Assembly: GCA_046350815.1 (NCBI GenBank)
Contig: JAXLZO010000001.1
Coordinates: forward strand, 1,080,001 to 1,112,000
DNA from: Candidatus Saccharimonadota bacterium
GTDB lineage: Bacteria > Patescibacteriota > Gracilibacteria > BD1-5 > UBA2023
Direction of reading: 5' to 3'
Length of the DNA stretch: 32,000 bases
Shown here: piece after piece, positions 11,363 through 21,128 of the stretch
How the letters are laid out: each line of letters begins with the position of its first letter
How positions within the stretch are numbered: position 1 is the first letter of the stretch
Program-made: the position numbers and the translations under genes
Notes under the pieces: generated by a model
Told to the model about the DNA's origin: nothing
The model's database searches: none
What the model saw: the letters and a program-made list of their open reading frames with translations, nothing else

Positions 11363-12265
11363 ATGGCAAAAATCTCAATTGCCACTATACTCATCAGAAA
11401 CCATTCTATGTCAAATCGTCTTGTTGCTTTCTTTGTTTTACTCGTCACTCTCATCGTTGGTGGATGAGCTCTCTACTATATATTCGTGACTCGTGGGATC
11501 AAGCTTGAACTTCATATCACCCCTTCAAATATTGAATCACGCGTTGATGTTTCGTACCTCAATACACCCCTTACAACAACTATTTGTAGTGCAAATTGTA
11601 CCATTTCATATCCGAAAAAATCAGGACTGAGCTTATCAATAAGTGCGTCTGGATATGTGAGTCAAACTTTTGATCTCTCAGCGTCACCAACATCCCTCAA
11701 TATCACCCTCACAAAATCCCAAATATCGCTAGAATCTCTCAAACAATCAATATCTACCTGATCTGCCCTGGAGGAACGTATTGCAGAGTTATCATCAAGA
11801 AAGCAATCAAGTACCGGTATAACATTTTCAGGAAACACGCTCACTATTATACCTCAAGAGAGATGGTCAAAACTCATAATTGAGAATGAAAGTGTACCGC
11901 TCAACATAAGCTACAAAGATATACTTTCTGTTCATCGTATCGCACAAGATCCGAATAACATCAATATCACAACTCTACAATGACTAGTGCGACTCAGTCG
12001 ATGAGAAGACGACACGTGGAAAATATCATCCCCTCACCCAATCTATCGAGATATACTCCCCTATCGAGACGGAATTATCAGTCTGAGATGAGAACAAAAC
12101 AAATTTCTCGTCGAATACAAAACATCACAAGCAACGCTTCTTCTCGGATCATATGAAGATGAAATTTTGGCCCTTGATTTTGTGGGCGACTCACTTGCTC
12201 TCCTTCAAAAAAGCGGTAATTGGAAAACTATATCACTTGAAGCAACGAAATCAATTATCAATTAG
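11363..12265 (+). CDS. Hypothetical N-terminally anchored protein (300 aa), possibly PEGA-like beta-sandwich
   Basis: Continuous frame through 5 TGA codons. TM anchor is RLVAFFVLLVTLIVGGGALYYIF. The following segment ...SLSISASGYVSQTFDLSASPTSLNITL... looks PEGA-like (weak). Alternative start ATG 11408. Confidence 0.55.
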
Positions 12266-12270
12266 GAATC

Positions 12271-13764
12271 ATGAAAAAAATCTACACGAACGCAGGAGCA
12301 CAAATTGCAGGGAAAATCCTTACTGCTATCATCGCAATATTTCTCATACGAATACTCACGCAATATCTCTCAGTCGAGTGATATGGTCTCTATTCAAAGA
12401 TATATAACTATCTCTCAATATTTGCAACCATAGCCGACATGGGGCTCTATACCATTGCAGTACGAGAGATAGCACGAGCTGCAAGTAAATGAGATGAAGA
12501 GGAAGTTAGAAAAATCTCTGGAAATATTCTCACCATACGGAGTCTTGGCGGAGTTGCGATTATTGGTATTGCTCTTCTTATAGCGCTCTTTCTCCCATGA
12601 TACAACAGTCACATTGCACTCATTTGTATAGGTATTACGGGTATTTTTACACTCTTTGGACTGATTAATAGTTCTATTCTTGCACTCCTCCAAGCACGAC
12701 TCAAAAGTGAGTTTTCTCTTATCAGTAGTGTCACAGGAAAAATTATCACACTCCTCGGACTCATACTGATAACCTATATACTCCCTCGGGAAAGTACGCA
12801 TTTTGCAGAATGGTGACTCATCGCAATCATCACAGTGGGGCTCATAGGCAATATTGTCATGACCATGATGCTTGCGATCTATGCGAGAAAATCCGATTGG
12901 GTCGGATTTCAATATGATCCTGCATACATAAAACACATCTTCAAAGAAACTCTTCCATTTTGAATCGCTCTTTTTCTCGGAGTGGTCTATTTTAAAGTTG
13001 ATGTCATCCTTCTCTCGATACTCGAGCCAGAGAATATTCACGACGTTTCTATCGCACTCTATTCCCTGCCGATGAAAATCATAGAGGTTGGTATGGTATT
13101 TGGCACGGTGTACCTCAACTCTCTCCTTCCAGTACTCTCATCGCACCATCTAAGTCAAGAAAAAAAACACCGAGTCACTCATACAGCATGACTCCTTCTG
13201 AGTATCCTCGGAAGCATGATTAGCATAGGGTTTGCGTTTTGAGCTTATCAAGTTATCGGACTCATCGCAAGCAGTGAATATGTGAGAATCGGGAGCGTAT
13301 ACGACTCACCTCATGCCCTCATGATTACTGCCTGGATATTTGCTGTCTATTTTATCGCATCACTCTCAAATTATCTTCTCATCAATGCAAACAGACAAAA
13401 AGAACTCCTCAAAATCAATATTGCTATAACTCTTCTTAATATTGGTCTCAATCTCATATTCATACCACACTATTCATTTATCGGCGCAGCAGTTGCAACT
13501 CTCATTTCACAAGTCATCCTCACTCTCGCTACCCTCTCAAGGCTCAGATGAATGGGAATTTATAGCTCTATGCCTATTCGGCGATATCTTGAAGTATTTG
13601 CCTCGTCTCTCCTATGTGTGATCATCCTTGGATGAATCTACAAAATGATTCCAGATGGAATAGTATGACTCATCACGATTTGATCGATAATCCTCTTGGT
13701 ATTTTCACCAGTTCTCATAAAATGGTGGAAGTATAATAGTGAAACCACACTCTATGTCTCATAA
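12271..13764 (+). CDS. MOP-superfamily polysaccharide/lipid-linked oligosaccharide flippase (Wzx/MurJ-like, 497 aa)
   Basis: About 12-14 hydrophobic segments in one frame. N-terminus MKKIYTNAGAQIAGKILTAIIAIFLIRILTQYLSVEGYGLYS... is typical of polysaccharide biosynthesis (Wzx-type) proteins. About 11 in-frame TGA. The 208-aa antisense track ORF 12415..13041 is an artefact. Confidence 0.8.
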
Positions 13765-14314
13765 ACTTCTCGTAGCATTCGTATGACCCATCGGATCAGG
13801 CAAAGGAAAAGCAAGTGAAATCCTCAAAGAACACTATGATTGTGAGATTTACGGTTATTCCTCACCGCTTCGATCAATTGTCGCATTGATTGGACAGGAA
13901 GCAACTCGAGAAAATCTCTCGAATCTCTCACTCAGTCTTCGCCAAACTTTTGGGCAAGATGTACTCGAAAAATCAGCAATCGAAGCATATAAACGATCAG
14001 ACAAATCTATTATATTTCTCGACGGGGTACGACGAGAATCAGATATAGCCAATCTCCGCAAGATGGAAGAATTCATCCTCATCTACATCGATGCACCAAC
14101 GGAACTTCGCTACAAAAGAGTCACAGGAAGAGGTCAAAATGCTGGCGATACTGATAAGAGCTTTGAAGAATTTCTCAAAGACGAGGAACACGACACAGAG
14201 AAATCCATTCGATGACTTCGATCTCTTGCGAATACAGTCATTGAAAATACCGGAAGTGAAGCTGATCTTGAAGAGGCTCTCATATCGTACCTGAGACAAT
14301 ATATCGTTGACTAG
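13754..14314 (+). CDS. P-loop nucleotide/nucleoside kinase-like protein (186 aa; dephospho-CoA kinase/adenylate kinase-like fold)
   Basis: MSHKLLVAFVG(TGA 13784-13786)PIGSGKGKASEIL... is a Walker A with UGA at the first conserved Gly. Followed by ...IIFLDGVRRESD... Overlaps the flippase stop by 11 nt. Stop TAG 14312-14314. Confidence 0.7.
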
Positions 14315-14328
14315 ACCGAATCTTGACA

Positions 14329-14354
14329 ATCAACTCATTTGAGTTGATTTTTTC
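14329..14354 (+). terminator. Rho-independent terminator
   Basis: atcaactca/tgagttgat stem followed by tttttt, 15 nt after the kinase stop. Confidence 0.7.
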
Positions 14355-14380
14355 ATGGAGAGAAAAAGATACTACTTTTT

Positions 14381-14409
14381 TTGACAACAAAAAAAAGAAA
14401 TGGTAGTCT
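14381..14409 (+). promoter_or_regulatory. Putative sigma-70-type promoter for the repeat-protein gene
   Basis: TTGACA (14381-14386), 17-nt spacer, TAGTCT (14404-14409), about 35 nt upstream of ATG 14445. By-eye match only. Confidence 0.3.
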
Positions 14410-14444
14410 TGAGGAGTTAAATTATTTATTCTAAAAATAACTAT

Positions 14445-17216
14445 ATGACTCTAGATAAACCAAAAGAAGGCTCAGAACTTTCTGGATTTAATATCAATAA
14501 ACTTAGTACTGATGCTGGGTTGGTTGAATTTGCAAAGCTTGCAAAGAATGTTAGTCTCCGCGATATGAAAAAATGGTGAAATACTGGCCTAAAGGCAAAA
14601 CTAGCATGAGCAACTGATGGCGATGTTCTCTATAAAGATTATCTTCACAGAAGACTCGGCATGTGAGATAAAAATGAAATCGATAGCGCAACTATGGCTG
14701 CACTTAAAAAAATCGCAGAATCTGGAAAAGTAGCCAAGATTCCATACACAATTCAGAGAAAAGGAAATGAGTTAGCACATACATCAACAGCTAAAAAGGC
14801 AAGAGAGGCTACGGCTTGAACTCAGTCTATTGAATCTATTGTTTCAATAAAACGTGAAGGTGTAACACAGGACAATGCAAAAAAAATTCTTGAACTTCTT
14901 CCTGCATCAAATGGACTACCAACAAAAAAAGCAATAGAAATGTGGGACAAAATATTGTTGTCAGAAAAAAAAGCAATCCAACGAAATATCTGAACAAAAG
15001 ATGATGGAATATTAGGAAAGAAAACCTTTCTTGCACTTCAGAAACGTGCAAATGATGAAATATACGCTGGTGATGATTTTGAATTTCCTAGAAACCCTGT
15101 GGTTGATAAAAAGCTAACTGCACTTGCGGTTGCAGCGGAAGCTGGGAAGCCTGCGGTTGCAGCGGAAGCTGGGAAGCCTGCGGTTGCAGCGGAAGCTGGG
15201 AAGCCTGCGGTTGCAGCGGAAGCTGGGAAGCCTGCGGTTGCAGCGGAAGCTGGGAAGCCTGCGGTTGCAGCGGAAGCTGGGAAGCCTGCGGTTGCAGCGG
15301 AAGCTGGGAAGCCTGCGGTTGCAGCGGAAGCTGGGAAGCCTGCGGTTGCAGCGGAAGCTGGGAAGCCTGCGGTTGCAGCGGAAGCTGGGAAGCCTGCGGT
15401 TGCAGCGGAAGCTGGGAAGCCTGCGGTTGCAGCGGAAGCTGGGAAGCCTGCGGTTGCAGCGGAAGCTGGGAAGCCTGCGGTTGCAGCGGAAGCTGGGAAG
15501 CCTGCGGTTGCAGCGGAAGCTGGGAAGCCTGCGGTTGCAGCGGAAGCTGGGAAGCCTGCGGTTGCAGCGGAAGCTGGGAAGCCTGCGGTTGCAGCGGAAG
15601 CTGGGAAGCCTGCGGTTGCAGCGGAAGCTGGGAAGCCTGCGGTTGCAGCGGAAGCTGGGAAGCCTGCGGTTGGACTTGAAACAAAATACCAGGATGGAAT
15701 AAATATTCTAAAGGCAGAGTTTGACCCTTCAAAATATACCTATGTTAGCTTTACGATTGATACAAAAGAAACTGGCAAAATAACAAAAGTATATCAAATT
15801 GATACCCAAGCTCTTAAAGCAGAATGAATCAATGATGTAACAAAAGAAAATTCATTTATGCTCATGCATATGGTGAGTAGAGGTGCTGCTGTCATGCCAA
15901 AATACTTTCGTGATATAGACACTATCTCTACAAGTGCTATTCCAAGTAACCTTCGAGGACTTGATCGAGTAGATTATGCAAATGCTCTTCTTAAATCACA
16001 AGGCATAGAAGTTAAGCCAAATATTCTTTCAGATGTAAATGGTCTTGGTGTTGGACTCAAAAAAACTCTTCTTCCATTCGGACTAGATAAGCTTGTCGGT
16101 CTTGGAAAAACTGGGGATGAATCCGTAGATACTGATGAACGAAAATCAGAAATGCAGAAAATCTCAAAAAAACTTCAAGAACAAAGCAATAAAATCTTCG
16201 ATGCGAATAATCGAGAAAACCTTTGAGAGCACTATGTTGATCTTTTTCTGAAAGCAAAGAATTTTGCTGAGCTCCAAGCGCAAGCAAAAGACGATCCTAT
16301 TCTCCAAGAAATCCTCTCTACATTCAGTACTCCAGTAAATCCTCAAGGCGATGAGCTTGGACTTGCCCAAGAAGATATCTTAGAGCGAGTCAAAGCAAAT
16401 ATTAATAAACAAGGACGGGAAGTATTTAAAAAGAAATTTGGCGACTTCATTGACAAAAGAAGTGTCGATGGCTTTATTGTACGAAATACAAATTTCCTCT
16501 TTGATGACGCCACACTTCAATCCATTACATCAAAAGATGGAAGTGGTATTCTCAAAGGAAATATGGATGGCGGTCGAGAAATCTATCTTTCAGCTCAAAA
16601 GCTGGATCTCAATGCAGCGAAACTTTCCTATACCAGAGACGGCAAAAGTATGGAACTATCTAATGAAGTTGCTCAATCTTTCAAGGGTCAAACTATTGAT
16701 CTTGGTATGCAAAAAAGTAATGCGAGCTCCGAAGTGCAAGCCATGATGAAGGAAACAAAAATTCATATCGATAGTAATGGCACAGCATATCTTATCACAA
16801 GTCCGAAATATATCAGTACACTCTCTCAAATCATGAGCCGTACTGGAGACGCTCTCACATCAAAAACAGCAGTCGAAGTATATAAAATAGTTGGTACCGT
16901 ACTTCTCACACTCAAACTTGCTGGGGACCATATTGGTACACCACATATTGGCACACCAAATCTTCCAAGTATTGATGTAAATCTTCCAAGTATTCATACC
17001 CCAGATGTATCATCACTCAATACAGCACTTGGTGGTTATGTACTTACATGAGCACTACTCAATCGAAAAATTGCATTTCTTGAGCGTGATCTTCGGAAAA
17101 ATCATATGGAGACACCATCCAATACTATTCTTACTTCCATGGCAACAAAGTATGGAGGAGATGCACAAAGTAAGCTCGACAAAGAAATTCTTGACGCTCA
17201 TAGGACATGAGCATAA
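14445..17216 (+). CDS. Large hypothetical protein (923 aa) with a 20x AVAAEAGKP tandem-repeat linker
   Basis: ATG 14445. Track ORFs 15099..15827, 15858..16226 and 16563..17051 are in the same frame and joined by TGA only; the segment 16227-16563 was checked and has no TAA/TAG. Stop TAA 17214-17216. N-terminal part contains ...DDGILGKKTFLALQKR..., weakly resembling a peptidoglycan-binding (PG_binding_1-like) helix pair. No obvious signal peptide. Confidence 0.75.
15126..15672 (+). repeat. Perfect 27-bp tandem repeat, 20 complete copies plus a 7-nt partial copy
   Basis: The unit gcggttgcagcggaagctgggaagcct repeats exactly every 27 nt from 15126 to 15665 (540 bp). 15666-15672 repeats the first 7 nt. 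The unit is 18/27 G+C in an AT-rich genome. Confidence 0.98.
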
Positions 17217-17219
17217 TAT

Positions 17220-17244
17220 AAAAACTCCCAAATGGGAGTTTTTA
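17220..17244. terminator. Bidirectional terminator hairpin between convergent genes
   Basis: aaaaactccca/tgggagttttt stem with flanking A and T runs, between stop 17216 (+) and stop 17266 (-). Confidence 0.7.
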
Positions 17245-17265
17245 TATTTACAAGAAGCGAAGAAA

Positions 17266-17835
17266 TTAAGCAGCAGTTTCCTCTTTTGCTCCTTCAATTG
17301 CAGATACAACCGACTCATTTGCAGGAGTAATGAACTCAAGAGTTGGATAGTTCTTAGCAATAGTTTCAACATGGATAAGATCACCAGCTTGAACCAGAAG
17401 AGAAATATCAACCTCGATAGCTTCGATAAGATCTTTTGGGAGTACTTTTACTGAAAGAGTTGCATGGTTCTGCTGAAGGGTAGCACCCTCGAGTTGAGCT
17501 TGACTTTTACCCACAAAAACAACAGGGAGATCAACGAGAATTTTTTCAGTTGCAGATACTACGAAGAAATCAACATGCTGAATATCACCGTGAATCGGAT
17601 GAAGCTGAACATCATGCATCATTGCTGAATGAGTCTTTCCATCAACAACGAGGTCGAGTAGATGTGACTTACCAGCGCTACGATATGCCTTAAGAAGCGC
17701 ACTGGCATCAAGAGAGATGCTGATTGGAGCTACCTTATGACCATAAACAACAGCTGGTACAAGACGAGCAGCACGTACATCACGAAGTGGAGTTGCAACA
17801 TCACGAAGTTGTGCAGAGAGAGAGATTTTTTGCAT
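17266..17835 (-). CDS. rplY: 50S ribosomal protein L25, long Ctc form (189 aa)
   Basis: MQKISLSAQLRDVATPLRDVRAARLVPAVVYGHKVAPISISLDASALLKAYR...HDVQLHPIHGDIQHVDF... is the typical L25/Ctc N-terminal domain (R..g.vPaV.YG; hp....i.HvDf) plus a C-terminal extension. ATG at 17835 is preferred over the TTG at 17859 used by the track. Confidence 0.9.
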   Translation of the reverse strand: MQKISLSAQLRDVATPLRDVRAARLVPAVVYGHKVAPISISLDASALLKAYRSAGKSHLLDLVVDGKTHSAMMHDVQLHPIHGDIQHVDFFVVSATEKILVDLPVVFVGKSQAQLEGATLQQNHATLSVKVLPKDLIEAIEVDISLLVQAGDLIHVETIAKNYPTLEFITPANESVVSAIEGAKEETAA

Positions 17836-17912
17836 ACGAAAATTTATATCAGATTTCAAGACCGTGAGAGTATAGATAAACCACGAAATTTTGCAAGTGA
17901 AAGTGAATCTTC

Positions 17913-19046
17913 CTAATATTGAAATGTAATAAGTGGAATTTCACTCTTCGCAGATGTCTTGATAGGAAATCACCATGTTGCCGCTCAGGCAGATATAACA
18001 TAGTGTGTGTGTGAGCGTCGATGATAGCCGATATTTTTTTCAAAAGCAATTTTTGCCATGAGTCCTAGTGGCCACAACTGACCATTATGTGTATGCCCTG
18101 AGAGTTGCAAGGCAACACCTGCTTCTTCAGCTCGCTCAAGATGTGACGGCTGATGATCGAGGAGTATAATAGGAAGATTGCTTGTATTCGATGCTGTGAT
18201 CATCGTGATATCAAGACGGTTACGTCATCTCATCGTATGGACACTGCGATCATCACGACCTACGAGATAAATATCACCCACTACTCGTCATTCATCTTGG
18301 AGCATAGTGATTCCTACGGATTCGAGCAGTCATTTTGCGACTTCAGGATCACCATAATATTCATGATTACCATAAGCACCATAGACTCACAGAGGGGCAT
18401 GGAGTTGCGCAAGTGGGAGATGGAGATTACGATCTTGTACTACGTCGAGAGAACCATCAAAAATATCACCAGCAAAGAGAATCAGATCAGGGCGTGCTGC
18501 ATTCACAGTATCAACAATTCGTTCGATAGTCTTTCATTGATTGAGTGTCCCAATATGAACATCCGTCAGAAGCGCAATAGTTATACTCTTATCGTGACAC
18601 ACCTCTCATCATTCATATGTAACGGTATATGGAATAATCTTTGGATTACGTGCATTGATATATCAGAAGATCAACCAGAGAGCAACAAATATATGAACAC
18701 CAAAAAACCACCAAAGTGATGAGAAAGTATCAAAAATAGTCATCCTATCAAAACACCAAGCCACAAACCAAATCACATCATATACCAACAAAAAAAACGT
18801 AGCATAGAACATCCATGGGAGAGCAAATGATCCAACTATGAGGAATATATCACTCCAACGAGGAAGCGCTCGATTGTCCAAAATTCTCGCTACCAATCAC
18901 CAAATAACGAGTACAGAGTACAAAATATAGTAAAAATATGACCAACTATATCCCTCCAAAAAGCTCGAAATATGTGCGAGTATATATGCATGACCCCCAA
19001 AGTATACAACGAGAACAAACGTAAGAAAACTGAGAATTCAAGGCAT
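17913..19046 (-). CDS. Membrane-bound calcineurin-like metallophosphoesterase (377 aa)
   Basis: The frame was verified codon by codon over 17913-17987 and 18201-18665. The remainder joins track ORFs 17985..18203 and 18663..18896 and the hand-translated N-terminus. N-terminal TM segments. Motifs LLTDVHIG, FAGDIFDG, YGNHEYYG, LSGHTHNGQ, then ...AGAATWGFPIK. About 12 in-frame TGA. Stop TAG 17913. Confidence 0.85.
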
Positions 19047-19065
19047 AGTCGCCAAACACAAAAGA

Positions 19066-19090
19066 AGCTCTGATTATGGGAATCAGAGCT
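19066..19090 (-). terminator. Rho-independent terminator of the ABC exporter operon
   Basis: Perfect 10-bp stem agctctgatt/aatcagagct with a 5-nt loop. On the minus-strand RNA it is followed by UUCUUUUGUGU. Confidence 0.65.
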
Positions 19091-19231
19091 AAAAATGCAA
19101 GCACAAAGTATAGGAGATCAGAAAAAGTTATTCAATATTTTTCACGACAAATTAATATCAGATTCTTCTATTTTTCACCTTTCATCTAATTATAAGATAA
19201 TCTATTCTGCTAACTGAGTTAGACACAATGA

Positions 19232-20455
19232 TTATTCGTAACGAAGTGCGAGAATCGTCTTGAGTCTCGATGCTTTATTTGCTGGGTACACACCAAAGAT
19301 AACACCAACAACAAAACAAAAACTCATAGAGAGAATAACTGATTCAATCGTGATCACTGCATCGATTCCAAAAAGATTGATCACTCAGACGATTGCAAAC
19401 GCTCATATGATACCGAGCACACCACCGATCCAAGCAAGCATGATAGCCTCGATCAAGAACTGCTTGAGAATATCAGATCTCTGTGCTCCTATTGCTTTAC
19501 GAATACCAATTTCTTTCGTACGTTCCGTCACAGATACGAGCATGATATTCATAACTCCTATGCCTCACACAATGAGAGAAATAGCTGCAATCCCACCAAG
19601 AAAGAGTTTGAAGACATCGAGGATTCTCAGAAATGTAGCAAGGATATCTTGGAGATTCACGATTTGAAAATTTGCCTCACTTTTATCAGGGATTCCATAT
19701 CTCTGAAGGAGCTTCTGGATGATAATATCTTTTGTTGCATCAATCTGGGTTGAGTCCACAACATTGATATTGATGCTCGAGAGATATTTGGTACCAAAAA
19801 GCTTGTTCTGAGCGGTTGTCAGGGGTATAAAGACAATTTTATTTGGGTTATTCCCCGGTCATTGTTGTTCGCGAAATTCTTGGATACCAACAATCGTCAC
19901 AATGAGATTATCAATTCGTAATGATTTTCCGATAGGATTCTCTCCGCCAAAAAGTTCTTTAGCAGTATCAAGACCGATAACAGCAACGCTCTCAGAAGTA
20001 AGAATATCATTGGAAGTAATATGTCGACCATATGCTACACGGCTGTTACGAACTTTTTGATATTCAGGCATAATCCCGATAACATTCACGAGTGAATTTT
20101 TTGATCCAACAATAACAGTCTTTCGTCCTGATAACTCAGCAGATATCTGAGCAATCGTTGGAACCTGCAAGCGGAGATAATCTACATCTTGGAGAGTGAG
20201 AACATCTTTCTGATTTCTCGCACCTTTATTCCCGAGAATATCATTTTGATTCTCTCCTCCTGGAACAATAGTCAAAAGATTCGAGCCAATCTTCGCAAAT
20301 GCATCCTGAAAATATTTCTGAGTTCCCTCACCGATAGCAAGCATTACAATAACAGAGAGCACACCAATAATCACTCACAAACTCGAAAGTCCCGTTCGGA
20401 GTTTATTTGCAAGGAGGTTACGTGTAGCGTTCTTGATTTCTTGAGAAAGGAGCAT
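19232..20455 (-). CDS. ABC transporter permease, MacB/FtsX-type (407 aa)
   Basis: N-terminus [27 protein letters not shown](TGA)VIIGVLSV is the canonical MacB TM1 block. It has a periplasmic-domain-like middle section. The C-terminal FtsX block is ...[40 protein letters not shown]... Stop TAA 19232. Confidence 0.9.
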
Positions 20456-20463
20456 AGAGAGTA

Positions 20464-21123
20464 TTAGACAATGAGACCATCTGAAATATGAATAATTCTA
20501 TCCGCATACTGTGCAATTTGCTGATCATGAGTGATAAGGAAAATTGTCTTACCTTGATTATGAAGCTTACCAAGAAGCTCCATAATCTCACGGCCTGTCT
20601 GACTATCAAGCGCTCCTGTTGGCTCATCTGCAAGAATAAGCGTTGGATTCGCAACGATGGAACGAGCAATACAAACACGCTGTTGTTGTCATCCAGATAA
20701 TTCTGTCGGTTTATTGAGGTATTTTTCTCAAAGTCATACATCTTCAAGGACAGATAGTGCTATAGATCGCGCTGACTTCTGATCAATATTTTGATAAAGA
20801 AGCGGAAGCATTACTTGTTCAATCACAGGCATACGAGGGATTAAATTATATCCCTGAAAAATAAAACCAATCTTTTGTCATCGGATACTTGCCTGATCAT
20901 ATTCTGAGAGATTTGCCACCTCCATATGATCCAGTAAATAAGAACCAGAAGTAGGAGTATCGAGTAAGCCAACAATATTCATTAGTGTCGACTTTCCTGA
21001 TCATGATGGTCACATAAGGGCAACAAATTCACCATCTTGAATCGTCAAAGACACCCCATTGAGTACCTCAAGGATCTCTCATCCTATATCGAATGATTTA
21101 TGTATATCTCGAAGATCAATCAT
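20464..21123 (-). CDS. ABC transporter ATP-binding protein, MacB/LolD-type (219 aa)
   Basis: Walker A is G(TGA 21010-21012)PSG(TGA 21001-21003)SGKST. Also a Q-loop, signature LSGG(TGA)[10 protein letters not shown], Walker [13 protein letters not shown], and H-loop ITHD. The track ORF 20418..20747 lies in a wrong frame. Confidence 0.95.
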
Positions 21124-21128
21124 AGAAA

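Noticed and set aside
12415-13041. 208-aa minus-strand ORF from the track
   Set aside because: It is antisense to the flippase gene, Cys/Asn/Lys-rich low-complexity nonsense, and an artefact of AT-rich antisense frames. The plus-strand frame has a clear polytopic membrane-protein signal.
15126-15672. CRISPR array
   Set aside because: The units are contiguous head-to-tail with no spacers, lie inside an open reading frame, and no cas genes are nearby.
15088-15732. Alternative reading frames of the tandem repeat (214-aa 'QPQASQLPL' ORF on the minus strand and 192-aa 'LRLQRKLGS' ORF on the plus strand)
   Set aside because: They are open only because the unit length is a multiple of 3. Neither continues into flanking coding sequence, whereas the AVAAEAGKP frame is continuous with upstream and downstream coding regions.
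18153-18719. 188-aa plus-strand ORF (also 3061..3717 and 25806..26345 plus-strand ORFs)
   Set aside because: All three are antisense to genes with strong motif support (metallophosphoesterase, the 742-aa protein, thrS) and have no recognisable features.
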